Source: a candidate division WOR-3 bacterium (lineage in GTDB: Bacteria > Hydrothermota > Tepidihabitantia > Tepidihabitantales > Tepidihabitantaceae). Taken from it: a stretch of 64,000 nucleotides of DNA. Each line of letters starts with the position of its first letter. Within the stretch, counting starts at the first letter, position 1. The DNA lies in the NCBI GenBank assembly GCA_039801225.1, contig JBDRUH010000001.1:18989-82988 (forward strand), read 5' to 3'. The translations under genes were made by a program, and so were the position numbers. Shown here piece after piece: positions 17,114-27,529 of this stretch. The notes beneath the pieces are model-generated. The model worked only from the letters and a program-made list of their open reading frames with translations. It was not told the DNA's origin and made no database searches.

Positions 17114-19981
17114 TCATTCAATAATCAATTTCTTTCCGGTTATCATGCTTTTATAGCGGACAGTTAAAAAATAGACTCCAGGAATGAGCCCATCCAGGGC
17201 AACCTCCTCTTCAGCTACTCTTAGTTGATATCTCTTTACCTCTCGCCCCGATACATCATAAATACCGATATAAGCACCGGCTTGGGCAGCAACCTTGATA
17301 CTTCCCTTTCGCGAGAGAATTGTGGCGCACATTTGGCTTTTGGCTTTTGGCTTTTGGCTTTTAACTTCCTCCACTCCAATCAGATTCCAGTCGGTAAGTT
17401 TGGCATAAATGTCCCATCCCCGGTGCCGACGGTTGTCAGTCCAGGTAAAAGCAATTCTTTCCCTGTTAGCAGCAACGCTCTGACCAACAGTCCAGTGGAC
17501 ATTTTTCGGGAATATATTGGGTTCATTAATTTTCTTATTGTTGCTGACTCTTGTTCCATCTTCTCGGAACCGCTGGCAGTAAATCTGCGGATTGCCATAA
17601 CCTTCCCTTTCATCGTTAAACATAACCACCAGCCTGCCCGAAGGGTCAAAGGAACAGGTTGGTGAGTAGGCGTCGTAATCAAACCCTAAGGGTTCGTTAA
17701 TCCGTTCATTCTCGCCCAGTGGCTTACCGATTGAGTCCAACCACTGCAGATAAACATTATAGGTCTCGTTTCTGGTATCCTCCCAAGCGATCGCTATCCT
17801 CCTCTCATCCGATATGGCACAGGCTGGATAACCCTGATAAACGGCACTAGCGTCAGTATTCACCCGAATATTCCCGCCTATTCTTGAACCATCAGGACGG
17901 AATAACTGACAGTAAATATTATAATCACCATCCCGTAAGTCCATCCAACTTACAACCCATTCTCCAGAAGAGTTCATCGCTACGCTGGCATAACAACCTT
18001 CTGCGGCAGGGTCACTAACTAAAAACTCTGGACCCTGGGGATTGCCACTTTCGTCATAAAGCCGGGCAAATATCTGCGCCTTCCCTTCTCGATAATCAGT
18101 CCAGACAACCACCGCCCGATTGAAAGAATCAAGGGCACAATAGGAATACCACTGAAAGCCACCACTCGCATCAGAATTCACCCGAAAGTTGCCACCGCTC
18201 GGCTCACCTTCTCTATCAAAAAACTGACCGTATATATCCGCTTCATCACCTCTGATCTCGGTCCAGGTAACAAGAAACCGTCCTTTGCCACCAGCAACAC
18301 TGGGGTAATAATGGAGCGCACCAGGCAGTTCCTCATTTACTTTAATATTATCGCCTACCTCTTTTCCTAAAGAGTCAAACACCGCGAAGTAGATGTCCGA
18401 TTCACCATTTCGCTCATCATCCCAGGCGATGCCAATATTGCCCTGGCGTTCCATTCCGATTGATGATGTCCGCTGATGAGCACTAGCGCTATCATCATTC
18501 ACCTTGAAATTACTGCCAATCGGTGTCCCATCCCGAGCGAGCCTTTGACAGTAGATATCCAAATTCCCTGCCCGGGCGTCAGCCCAGGCAACCCAGTAAC
18601 CACCATCCAAAGTGGCTGCCACACTTGGTGAATTTTGGCTGGCTCCCCCGATGTCGGTATTTATTTTAAACTCATCTCCTATCCGATTGCCCTGGATATC
18701 AAACCGCTGGGCATAAATGTCCTCCTGTCCATCCCGACAATCGGTCCAGACAATTATAAACTCACCCAATTGATTTATCGCCACATCACTGCCGAACTGG
18801 TCGGCATCGCCGTTATCGTTATTAACCCGGAAGTTGTCGCCTATCGGCTCGCCCGAACTTGAATAAATCTGGGCATAAATATCCCCCTGACCGCGGCGAT
18901 GGTCATCCCAGGAGATGACAAACTCACCGCTCGGAGAAACACCGATTGACGGTGACCACTGAGTGCTGTCATCGGTTGTAACCTGAATGTTATTACCCAA
19001 CCTGGTGCCATCAAACCGAAATCGTTGAAAGAATATGTTCCAGTCCCAGGCGTTGTTTCCCCTTCCATCCATCCATACAACCACAAACCTGCCCGAGTCA
19101 TCACTTCCTACCGAAGGTTCATACTGATTGGCATAACCAATCGGGTCATCATTTACCCGAAAATTACCGCCTTGGGGTGAGCCATCGGGGTTGAAAAATT
19201 GAGCATAGATATCGCCAGTAAGCCCAAATCTTCGGTCATCCCAGGCAACAAGTGCCGTGCCATCCGCTCCTATGGAAACACTGGAAATACTCTGGTCTCC
19301 TGCTACCCCAGAATCACTCACCCGGAAATTATCACCAATTCTTGTTCCGTCAGCATCAAACCATTGAGCGAACACATCCGAGTTGCCAATCTCTCGCCGG
19401 TCCTCCCAGGTGAAGAGAAACTTACCATCCAAACCGATAGCACCTGCCGGGTCGCCCTGCCAGCCCATCGTTATATCGGTATTAACCCGCTCATTTGTTC
19501 CGATAGGATGACCGCTGGAGTCAAACCGCTGAAACCATATATCAGCATCACCATCCCGAAACTCATACCAGGCGATGACAAATGAACCATCCGAACCTAT
19601 AGCAATTGCCGGACCGGATTGAGGACAACCACCGGTTATATCATCATTACATAGAAAGTCACCCCGGATGACACTATCTCTGTCACCCTTATAGGACAAG
19701 GCTTTAGCCAACAAAAATGTAGGGCAAGGCTTTAGCCTTGCTTTTCCGAATGCAAACCTAAAGGTAGTCGCACAGCGACCTGCGTGCTCCACACAAGGGA
19801 GCCCAAAGACAGATGACCGAAGACCGTCTCCGGTCTCCCGTCTCCTGTCTTCTGTTGAGCGGGGTTTGGGGCACGCAGAGTGCCCTACATTACTCGTGGG
19901 GATATTAGCCAAGTTGTAGGACAACGCTTTAGCCCTACCTTCTCCCAAAATCATAAATCCCAATATGAGAATTAAATTCAT
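17114..19981 (-). CDS. Large secreted repeat protein with T9SS-type C-terminal domain
   Basis: Many ~63-aa repeats (W.D.R.G..DIYAQ.F...G...G.NFRVNDD); C-terminus IYDVSGREV...PGVYFL...KKLIIE. Confidence 0.8.
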   Translation of the reverse strand: MNLILILGFMILGEGRAKALSYNLANIPTSNVGHSACPKPRSTEDRRRETGDGLRSSVFGLPCVEHAGRCATTFRFAFGKARLKPCPTFLLAKALSYKGDRDSVIRGDFLCNDDITGGCPQSGPAIAIGSDGSFVIAWYEFRDGDADIWFQRFDSSGHPIGTNERVNTDITMGWQGDPAGAIGLDGKFLFTWEDRREIGNSDVFAQWFDADGTRIGDNFRVSDSGVAGDQSISSVSIGADGTALVAWDDRRFGLTGDIYAQFFNPDGSPQGGNFRVNDDPIGYANQYEPSVGSDDSGRFVVVWMDGRGNNAWDWNIFFQRFRFDGTRLGNNIQVTTDDSTQWSPSIGVSPSGEFVISWDDHRRGQGDIYAQIYSSSGEPIGDNFRVNNDNGDADQFGSDVAINQLGEFIIVWTDCRDGQEDIYAQRFDIQGNRIGDEFKINTDIGGASQNSPSVAATLDGGYWVAWADARAGNLDIYCQRLARDGTPIGSNFKVNDDSASAHQRTSSIGMERQGNIGIAWDDERNGESDIYFAVFDSLGKEVGDNIKVNEELPGALHYYPSVAGGKGRFLVTWTEIRGDEADIYGQFFDREGEPSGGNFRVNSDASGGFQWYSYCALDSFNRAVVVWTDYREGKAQIFARLYDESGNPQGPEFLVSDPAAEGCYASVAMNSSGEWVVSWMDLRDGDYNIYCQLFRPDGSRIGGNIRVNTDASAVYQGYPACAISDERRIAIAWEDTRNETYNVYLQWLDSIGKPLGENERINEPLGFDYDAYSPTCSFDPSGRLVVMFNDEREGYGNPQIYCQRFREDGTRVSNNKKINEPNIFPKNVHWTVGQSVAANRERIAFTWTDNRRHRGWDIYAKLTDWNLIGVEEVKSQKPKAKSQMCATILSRKGSIKVAAQAGAYIGIYDVSGREVKRYQLRVAEEEVALDGLIPGVYFLTVRYKSMITGKKLIIE

Positions 19982-22900
19982 CGGACAATTGCCAGTTTAG
20001 CAAACCTTATTTCTTTTTTTGTTCCATTCTCTACCCGCAGCCTAATAATATAAACTCCCGGAGGTATTTTCTTTAAGTCCAAAGAGGTTTCATTATCGGC
20101 TAATGAAACCGCCTGCCCTTGAAACTCTTTTACAAGCGGTTTGCCGCTCATATCCAAGAGCATAAGCCACACCTTGTTGTTGCCCTCACCGAGATAATAT
20201 CGGACATTAACATTGTCTCCTGCTGGATTGGGATAGAGATAAAATGAGTCTATCAGTTTGGGAGAAGAGGAAACCATAGGCGGGATATAAGGAAGTAAAC
20301 CGGTATGGCAGGGGTCGTGATAGGCACAAGACCAGTCAGGTGAAACGGTTGCCCCGGGCATTTTCCAAACATAGAAAACACCTTGGTCCGAACCAACCGC
20401 TATCTCCGATATTCCGTCCTGGTCAATGTCTGCGACCAGAGGAGTTGCGCTGACGGAAGCGGTTGCCATCAAAGGAAAGTAGGACAACATAGTGCCATTA
20501 GTTCCGTCAAAACCGAGGACACCATATTGGGGCGAACCGATGACAATATCCCTTACCCCATCGCCATTCAAATCTACCGGAATTGGTGAAGAACGATACT
20601 CAAACGGCACATCATAGGTGATTATCCAGTTACCGGCCAGTTCTTTTTTAACAAAAGTAGACTCGTGGAGAAAAGGGTAGTTGGTAACCAGAAGCGCGTT
20701 GCGATTGAAGGCAAATATTTTATGCCGAGAGGCTAAAAGGATGTCAAGGTAGCCATCATTATTCATATCACTTACCGAGACGGTCCCTTGAAAAGGATGC
20801 TCTATTAGTTCCCGGGATTCAAACACCACCCTTCCATCCTGCTCCACTATATAAAGCCGGTAGTTATGCTCGCCACCGGCAACCACCGCTATCTCTAAAA
20901 CACTATCCCGGTCAAAATCACAAACCACCGGCTGCGCCTGAACATAAAATGGCGCATTACCCAAAACAATCGGGAAGTTATTAATTAGGCTGCCATCGGA
21001 ATTTAATAGAAACAGCCGACTGTCACCCGAGAGCACCACAATCTTAGGCTGGATGGTATCGGTAACCGCCACCGGTGCCCTTATTTCCGAACCGATATAA
21101 ACCGGAAAATTCCCAACCGCCTCCCCGGTTCCTTTCCAGGCATAAAGCCGCATATCGGTTGCACCAACGATAATATCTTTTAACCCGTCTCCATCAAGGT
21201 CACTAAGCACCGGGGGCGCCTTTATTCGGTCAACGGTCTTCATCATCGCCAATAATTGACCGGCACTGCTATAGACCCGCACACTTCGGTCATCGCCGGC
21301 AACGACAACTTCCAGCCCAGGACTAACCGCCACATCACCGATGGCAATGTCAACACCAATTGACGTTCCGGTATTAATGAACCCGCCATTAGGATAACGG
21401 TAGCCCTGACCAAAAGGAAGCCAGGCGCTTACCTGACCGGCGCTGTCCGCGGTAACAATCTCTATCGTATCATCGCCGTCCAAGTCGCAAGCAAACGCAC
21501 TAAGAAACCGCGACCCCCTACCCTGGTCAACCGGGAAACCCGGCTGGTTAAGTTCCCAGTTTACCTTTACCGGTATGACCGTATCCTTAAGCCGGTCAAA
21601 AGTGTCTTTTACTCCTAATAGCTCTATCGCCAGGAATGTCTTACCACTATAGCCATCACTGTTCGGATTGGTCCGGGCATTAAATTTGTCATTATAACCC
21701 TGCCGGGAAAAGGCATCAAATTTGTAACCATAAACTTCATATTGATAGTTGTATGTCTGCCAATAGGGAACATCAAAGTCCTGAATGCCGTCCGCCTCTT
21801 CCAGGTCAACCCCCTTGTGTGCCGGGTCAATATTAATCGCATTATAAGGAGCGTAATCGGCAATAACCTTTTCGTCAATATGCCATATTAAAATACCGCT
21901 CCCGGGTTGAAAAAAGTCATACTCGTTGGACTCAACCCCGATTAACACGCCATCCTCAACATCAACAATTATTGTATCCGGCTTTCGCACATCGGTCTGC
22001 CGGTTTTCAATCAGGAAATACTCATTTTCATTTATGGGCACCTTCACCACTGTCGGATAGGCGCTATCCGGTCTAAGACCGAAAGACCCGGTGTCCATCG
22101 CTGCGGCATAAATCAATATTGAATCCCTCGGCACCCGCACTTCTACCGGCTGAATAAAACCCAAACTCACCCGGTTATAGGCATCAAGGAAACCAGGTAT
22201 AACCCCTGGTGGCGCACCGGCACCATAATCTCCTAACCAGCCACCATAACCCATCAGACTCCAAGCACCGACACCCATTGTTGCACCGGTCACATCGTAT
22301 AAATCGTATGCACCCAGAAGATGGGCAAACTCATGGGCTAATGTCCCTGCTAAACCAACCATTCCGGCAAGATTGGTCTCCCCTTTCTCGGTCAAAGTGT
22401 CCTGGCGCATCATCTCCGGCAAAACCGTTGCCTGCTCAATTCTCGTCCTACCCTCATCCACCAAAATATAAGGCTCACCCAGATAAGCCTCCATCGCACC
22501 CGGTGGAATCTCTCCGGCTAAAAGGTCATAAGGACTGTCCCATTTTCCATCAGCCGCATAATCGGACTGGAGACCACTGCCCGCATGAAAGATGATAAAT
22601 TCATCATAATCACTAAACCGAATCGCTGTGTCCTCATCAGCCACCTTAAACGCATCCCGCATCAGCCGAACCAGTCCGAACTCTATCCCCTCATAGGAAA
22701 CCGTATCGCCATAAAAGCGCATCTCCCGCGGCAACTGATAAGCCTCCTTTTCCCCTTCCGGCATCACCCGGAAGTCAACATAAAGTTTACCCAGTGACTG
22801 TGCCCGATAGTAGTTTCTTAAACCCTCCATCAGCCTTTCAAAATACCGTTTGAAGTGGGGCGGGTCGTAAAAAAGACCGGAATCGGGCGAAAGGAAGCCA

Positions 22901-23232
22901 AAGGTGTCCATCTTACCATTTCCGGTAGTCAGCCTCGTAGTGTCTTCAACAAACTCCACCCGTAAACACAGCACCCTAACGGTATCAACCTCGCCCATTT
23001 TTAATCTTTGAATTCGGGCGATGTCCTTCTCGGTTGGATGAAAACGAAATCGGGCAAAGGGCGAAGTTCCTCCTTGTTGGATGGTAACTGCCGGAATAAG
23101 CCTCTTGGTAAAATCTATCTCTTGGCTTTTTTTCTCCATTCGGGATTTGGCAAGGGTGACCCTATGCGCCTCAACCGAAACGGGCAAAAAAAACAGCCCC
23201 AATATTAAAAAAGTTATTGTATTATTCAACAC
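19978..23232 (-). CDS. M6-family (immune inhibitor A-like) metalloprotease with FG-GAP/VCBS repeats and T9SS-type C-terminal domain
   Basis: HEFAHLLGAYDLYD, WSLMGYG, EYFLIENRQ, GILIWHIDE, DLDGDG repeats, YPNP...PGVYIIRL. Confidence 0.85.
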   Translation of the reverse strand: MLNNTITFLILGLFFLPVSVEAHRVTLAKSRMEKKSQEIDFTKRLIPAVTIQQGGTSPFARFRFHPTEKDIARIQRLKMGEVDTVRVLCLRVEFVEDTTRLTTGNGKMDTFGFLSPDSGLFYDPPHFKRYFERLMEGLRNYYRAQSLGKLYVDFRVMPEGEKEAYQLPREMRFYGDTVSYEGIEFGLVRLMRDAFKVADEDTAIRFSDYDEFIIFHAGSGLQSDYAADGKWDSPYDLLAGEIPPGAMEAYLGEPYILVDEGRTRIEQATVLPEMMRQDTLTEKGETNLAGMVGLAGTLAHEFAHLLGAYDLYDVTGATMGVGAWSLMGYGGWLGDYGAGAPPGVIPGFLDAYNRVSLGFIQPVEVRVPRDSILIYAAAMDTGSFGLRPDSAYPTVVKVPINENEYFLIENRQTDVRKPDTIIVDVEDGVLIGVESNEYDFFQPGSGILIWHIDEKVIADYAPYNAINIDPAHKGVDLEEADGIQDFDVPYWQTYNYQYEVYGYKFDAFSRQGYNDKFNARTNPNSDGYSGKTFLAIELLGVKDTFDRLKDTVIPVKVNWELNQPGFPVDQGRGSRFLSAFACDLDGDDTIEIVTADSAGQVSAWLPFGQGYRYPNGGFINTGTSIGVDIAIGDVAVSPGLEVVVAGDDRSVRVYSSAGQLLAMMKTVDRIKAPPVLSDLDGDGLKDIIVGATDMRLYAWKGTGEAVGNFPVYIGSEIRAPVAVTDTIQPKIVVLSGDSRLFLLNSDGSLINNFPIVLGNAPFYVQAQPVVCDFDRDSVLEIAVVAGGEHNYRLYIVEQDGRVVFESRELIEHPFQGTVSVSDMNNDGYLDILLASRHKIFAFNRNALLVTNYPFLHESTFVKKELAGNWIITYDVPFEYRSSPIPVDLNGDGVRDIVIGSPQYGVLGFDGTNGTMLSYFPLMATASVSATPLVADIDQDGISEIAVGSDQGVFYVWKMPGATVSPDWSCAYHDPCHTGLLPYIPPMVSSSPKLIDSFYLYPNPAGDNVNVRYYLGEGNNKVWLMLLDMSGKPLVKEFQGQAVSLADNETSLDLKKIPPGVYIIRLRVENGTKKEIRFAKLAIVR

Positions 23233-23310
23233 TTCTCACCTTTCTTTCAACATTTTGAATCTTACTCAAAAAAACAAAGAGGGCAAACTCCGGGCTTACT
23301 TACAGGAAAG

Positions 23311-23399
23311 CGGAGAGAGAGGGATTCGAACCCCCGATACCCTTGAAAGGGTATACGTGATTTCGAGTCACGCGCCTTCGTCCACTCGGCCATCTCTCC
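23311..23399 (-). tRNA. tRNA-Ser(CGA)
   Basis: GGAGAGATGGCCGAGTGG...CGTGA CT CGA AA TCACG, long variable arm, GGTTCGAATCC. Confidence 0.95.
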
Positions 23400-23408
23400 A
23401 ATGCTCTT

Positions 23409-23882
23409 TCAACCCTTGCGCCCTGCCGCCTCTTCCCGCTTCTCGCTGAAGAACCTTCTCAATAGTTCTGCCGACTCCGCTGCCAAGACATCACCGTTAA
23501 CCTGCAACCGGTGATTGAAGCGGTTGTCCTGAGCAATGTTGTATTGCGAACCCAAACAGCCAAACTTAGGGTCTCTGGCACCAAACACCACCCTATCTAC
23601 TCGGGAAAGGATGAGCGCGCCGGTGCACATTAAACAGGGTTCCAGGGTAACATACACCGTTACCCCGCTCAATCGCCAGTTATTCAAAGTTGTTGCGGCA
23701 GCGGTTAGTGCCAGTATTTCGGCATGGGCGGTTGGGTCCTTCAGCGCCTCAACCCGGTTGTGTCCCCGTCCGATTACACTGCCATTTTTGACAATTACAC
23801 AGCCAACCGGCACCTCATTCTCCACGAGTGCCGCCTCCGCTTCACTCAGTGCCAGCCGCATCCACTTCTCGTCTTCACTCAC
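23409..23882 (-). CDS. tadA: tRNA adenosine(34) deaminase
   Basis: EVPVG, DPTAHAE, TLEPCLMC, ARDPKFG, LLRRFF. Confidence 0.95.
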   Translation of the reverse strand: MSEDEKWMRLALSEAEAALVENEVPVGCVIVKNGSVIGRGHNRVEALKDPTAHAEILALTAAATTLNNWRLSGVTVYVTLEPCLMCTGALILSRVDRVVFGARDPKFGCLGSQYNIAQDNRFNHRLQVNGDVLAAESAELLRRFFSEKREEAAGRKG

Positions 23883-23906
23883 CTATACCTTTACCTCTAA
23901 TTTTAA

Positions 23907-23980
23907 CGCGCCCGGCGCGACTCGAACGCGCAACCTACGGATTCGTAGTCCGGCACTCTATCCAATTGAGCTACGGGCGC
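23907..23980 (-). tRNA. tRNA-Arg(ACG)
   Basis: GCGCCCGTAGCTCAATTGGATAGAG...CT ACG AA...GTTCGAGTC...CGGGCGCG. Confidence 0.95.
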
Positions 23981-24027
23981 TTCATCAATTTTATTTTACG
24001 GCGATGCCTTAAAAAGTCAAACCCAAT

Positions 24028-25494
24028 TTACTTTTCGCAAACGGTATTGGGTGGCAGTTCGTAGTTTGGTGCCTCTTTGATTATTGTGATACTGTGGGGA
24101 TGGCTCTCCCGCAAACCGGCATTGGTAATCCGGACAAACTCGGCATTTTTCTGAAATTCGGCAATCGTCCGGCAGCCACAAAAACCCATTGCTGCCCGAA
24201 TCCCGCCCTCAAGTTGGAAAAGGACATCTTTAACGCTACCGCGATAAGGCACCCTGCCGACAATCCCTTGGGGCACAAGTTCTGCTCCACTTTCCTGAAA
24301 ATACCGGTCCCAGGAACCTTTTCGCATCGCATCTATTGAGCCCATTCCCCGGTAAACCTTATACCGTCTTCCCTCAAGAAGCACATCCTCTCCTGGACTC
24401 TCATCAGTTCCTGCCAGCAGGTTGCCCATCATTACCGAACTGGCGCCAGCGGCGAGCGCCTTGGCGATATCGCCCGAATACCTAATTCCACCGTCGGCAA
24501 TCACTGGGATATTGAACCTCTTCGCCACGCTCACACACTCCATAATCGCAGTTAACTGCGGGACACCAACACCGGCAACCACCCGGGTGGTGCAAATTGA
24601 ACCAGGTCCAATACCAACTTTCACTGCGGAAACCCCTATCCTTGCCAGCGCCATTGTCCCTTCCGCGGTAGCAACATTCCCCACAACAAGTTCCAAATCC
24701 GGATAACGCCGTCGCAGAGCCTTTGCGGTATCAATTACTCTACTGGAATGACCGTGGGCGGTATCTATGACAATCGCATCAACTTCAGCTTCAATAAGCG
24801 CCTCTGCCCTCTTTAGCGCCTCCTTACCAACACCAATCGCCGCCGCCACCATTAAACGGCGCTTGCCATCAACAGTGGCAAATGGATACTCAACCCTTTT
24901 GATGATGTCCTTAGCGGTAATAAGCCCCTTGAGCCTGCCGGCACCATCAACTATTGGCAACTTTTCAATCCGGTGCTTTTTTAAAATCTTGCGCGCCTGT
25001 TCAAGGGTGGTCCCTACCCGGGCGGTGATCAACCCCTTTGCCGTCATCACCGCCTGCACCGGCTTACTCTCTTCATCCTCAAAAAGCAGGTCGCGGCGGG
25101 TAACGATACCCAACAACTTACCCTTTTCATCCACCACCGGTAGTCCGGAAATGTTGTGCTGAGCCAAAAGGGTGCGCGCCTCTTCAACTGTCCTCTCCGG
25201 TGTAATACTCACCGGGTCAGTAATCATTGAACTCTCTGCCCGCTTAACCTTTGCCACCTCGGTCGCCTGGAACTCAATGGTGCAATTCTTATGAATTACT
25301 CCAATGCCACCCGCTCGTGCCATCGCAATCGCCATTTTTGCCTCAGTAACCGTATCCATCGCCGCACTCACTAACGGCAGGTGCAGTTTTATCTTCCGAG
25401 TGAATCGGCTCTCAGTTAAAACCTCAGCCGGAAGGACCTTTGACTCCATAGGGACAAGAAGGACATCGTCAAAAGTTAATGCCTCTTTCATCAT
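24028..25494 (-). CDS. guaB: IMP dehydrogenase
   Basis: [21 protein letters not shown] pair, [23 protein letters not shown]. Confidence 0.97.
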   Translation of the reverse strand: MMKEALTFDDVLLVPMESKVLPAEVLTESRFTRKIKLHLPLVSAAMDTVTEAKMAIAMARAGGIGVIHKNCTIEFQATEVAKVKRAESSMITDPVSITPERTVEEARTLLAQHNISGLPVVDEKGKLLGIVTRRDLLFEDEESKPVQAVMTAKGLITARVGTTLEQARKILKKHRIEKLPIVDGAGRLKGLITAKDIIKRVEYPFATVDGKRRLMVAAAIGVGKEALKRAEALIEAEVDAIVIDTAHGHSSRVIDTAKALRRRYPDLELVVGNVATAEGTMALARIGVSAVKVGIGPGSICTTRVVAGVGVPQLTAIMECVSVAKRFNIPVIADGGIRYSGDIAKALAAGASSVMMGNLLAGTDESPGEDVLLEGRRYKVYRGMGSIDAMRKGSWDRYFQESGAELVPQGIVGRVPYRGSVKDVLFQLEGGIRAAMGFCGCRTIAEFQKNAEFVRITNAGLRESHPHSITIIKEAPNYELPPNTVCEK

Positions 25495-25499
25495 TATCC

Positions 25500-26207
25500 T
25501 CAAAACTTCTTTTTTAAACTCTGAATATAAGTCAAAAAGAACTTCACCTCTTCGGCTTTGTCGGCAGCTGGTCTCCCCTTTTTCAGATACCGCTCATAAA
25601 CCCTCTCTGCTTTGGCTAAATCTCCTGCCTTACGATAACATCTCCCGGCGCCAAGGAGCGCCTCAAAACCCAAAGTTGATTGAAAATACCTTTGATTAAC
25701 CCGCTCATACACCTTTGCCGCCTTGAGGTAATTCCCTTGCTGCTCCTCACAGATGGCGATGGCTAACATCGCCGCAGGAATTAAGACCGGGTCCTTTTTC
25801 GCCTTCTTTAAAAAAATCTGAAACTCTCTCTTTGCCTCATCAAGCCGGGGTGGCTGGGAACGGGAATAGAGAACACCTAAATAGTAATGTGCCTTAATTC
25901 CGGCATATTCTTTACCAAACCTCCCTGTAAGGTCCTTCAACGCCCGCTCAGCATAATCATGGTTACCCTGAAACAGATTCCCTATCGCATCCATTAACCG
26001 CAACTCCACCTCAGGATTTTTTACCGGCCGGGGCCGATTATGCAGGAAAAGTATTCCACCGATGATTACCAAAAGCCCAACTACTACCCCGGTCCAAAAC
26101 CTTTTTGGGTTGGCATAATAAAACGCCGCCACCCGCTCAACCATCTCTTGAAACTTATCCTCTTTCAGTTCCTCTTTACTCACCCGATGCTTTACCTTCA
26201 CAATCAC
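25500..26207 (-). CDS. Membrane-anchored tetratricopeptide repeat protein (YfgM-like)
   Basis: ELKEDKF N-terminus, one TM helix, TPR-like helices. Confidence 0.75.
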   Translation of the reverse strand: MIVKVKHRVSKEELKEDKFQEMVERVAAFYYANPKRFWTGVVVGLLVIIGGILFLHNRPRPVKNPEVELRLMDAIGNLFQGNHDYAERALKDLTGRFGKEYAGIKAHYYLGVLYSRSQPPRLDEAKREFQIFLKKAKKDPVLIPAAMLAIAICEEQQGNYLKAAKVYERVNQRYFQSTLGFEALLGAGRCYRKAGDLAKAERVYERYLKKGRPAADKAEEVKFFLTYIQSLKKKF

Positions 26208-26223
26208 TCCATTTTTAACGCTC

Positions 26224-26297
26224 TACCCCTGGCCCGATTCGAACGGGCGACCTGCGGTTTAGGAAACCGCCGCTCTATCCTCCTGAGCTACAGGGGT
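26224..26297 (-). tRNA. tRNA-Arg(CCT)
   Basis: ACCCCTGTAGCTCAGGAGGATAGAGC GGCGGT TT CCT AA ACCGC...GTTCGAATC...CAGGGGTA. Confidence 0.95.
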
Positions 26298-26399
26298 TCA
26301 CATCTCATTATAAACGCTTCTCATCAACTGTCAAAAGGGTGTATAAGTCAAATCCCTGGGCGACATTTTGGTTTTCTCCAACAAGAGATATACCAATGG

Positions 26400-26765
26400 G
26401 CTCTTAGGTTTAAATTTCCGGGAAAAATTCCGAAGGTAACAAAAGGGATAATTGGCGGGGTTAAGATGAGGGTAATCCTGATGGTGAAATAGAGGATTTC
26501 CGCCAAGATTACTTAGCCAGTTATGGGCGTAATCAATTTCCGAGCGACTCAAGAAATTACCGCCCAAATTATTTGGGAGATAGTCTGAAGAATTATGAAC
26601 GAAGCGATTTTTAGGATTACTTAGTTAGATGGCAATTTAACAGTTCATCTCGGGGGCTACCTGGGGGCTGGGGTCTAAAATTTTGTGCCATCACTATAAC
26701 ATTTTGAAGATCAAGGCGATATTCAATAAAAACCCTTTTATAATTTTCTACCTATAGGTAGAATT
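26400..26765 (-). repeat. Non-coding element C: 12-bp phased array, G/C block, perfect 18-bp palindrome
   Basis: Units starting RTWAY every 12 bp over 26412..26627; GGGGGCTACCTGGGGGCTGGGG at 26652..26673; TTCTACCTATAGGTAGAA at 26746..26763. Confidence 0.75.
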
Positions 26766-26946
26766 TTTTGCAGGGCAAATTGCAGCCTTTTCCCAATACT
26801 TCACCCTGAGTTCTAATAGCCTTTTTAATTAAAAGGCTTGCCTTGAGGGTAGCCGAAAGGATGAGCCGATGGAGAGGTCAATCGGTATTGAACCTGAAAT
26901 ATAGAATCGCTATTCGGAAAAATGAGGTCTAAATTATTGATTGAAT

Positions 26947-27507
26947 ATGAGTAATGAAAAAAAAGGACCCGTGCGACAGATGGTAGAGCATCTGATGGAG
27001 TTAGAGGCTAACGCCCAGAGTTTGAAGAACGAATACCTTCGTTTACTCGCGGATTTTGATAATTTCCGAAAACGGATAGAAAGGGATATGGAAATCAGAC
27101 AGGAGGCGGAAGTGGCGAAATTGATGGCTGACCTTCTGCCGGTATTGGACAACTTTGGGCGAGCGCTTAGCGCAACGGCTCAATTACCCCAAGAAACGGC
27201 AAGGAATTGCCCAAATGCGGAGAGCAAAGAAAGGGGTGTAGAGAACGGAATTATGAAGGGTATTGATATGATATATAAAGAGTTATGCGCGGTATTGGCA
27301 AAACACGGGCTGAAAGAGTTCAGTTGCCTTGGTGAGGAGTTTGACCCGAGGGTGGCTGAGGCGATAAGTTTTGTTGAGAAAGATAAAGAATCTGAAAACC
27401 GGGTGGTTGAGGAGTTGTGTCGGGGTTATGAGTATCGGGGAAGGGTTTTGAGACCGGCACGGGTTGTTGTGGCAAAAACAATTAATTCAGGAAAAGAAAA
27501 AGTTTAA
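26947..27507 (+). CDS. grpE: Nucleotide exchange factor GrpE
   Basis: LRLLADFDNFRKR, LLPVLDNF.RAL, GEEFDP, GRVLRPARVVV. Confidence 0.96.
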   Translation: MSNEKKGPVRQMVEHLMELEANAQSLKNEYLRLLADFDNFRKRIERDMEIRQEAEVAKLMADLLPVLDNFGRALSATAQLPQETARNCPNAESKERGVENGIMKGIDMIYKELCAVLAKHGLKEFSCLGEEFDPRVAEAISFVEKDKESENRVVEELCRGYEYRGRVLRPARVVVAKTINSGKEKV

Positions 27508-27529
27508 ACTTTGAAAATGGAGGTGGATT

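Noticed and set aside
26331..26640. CRISPR array or coding ORFs in the periodic region
   Set aside because: Units are 12 bp and degenerate with no repeat-spacer alternation, no cas genes are present, and the ORFs lack recognisable features
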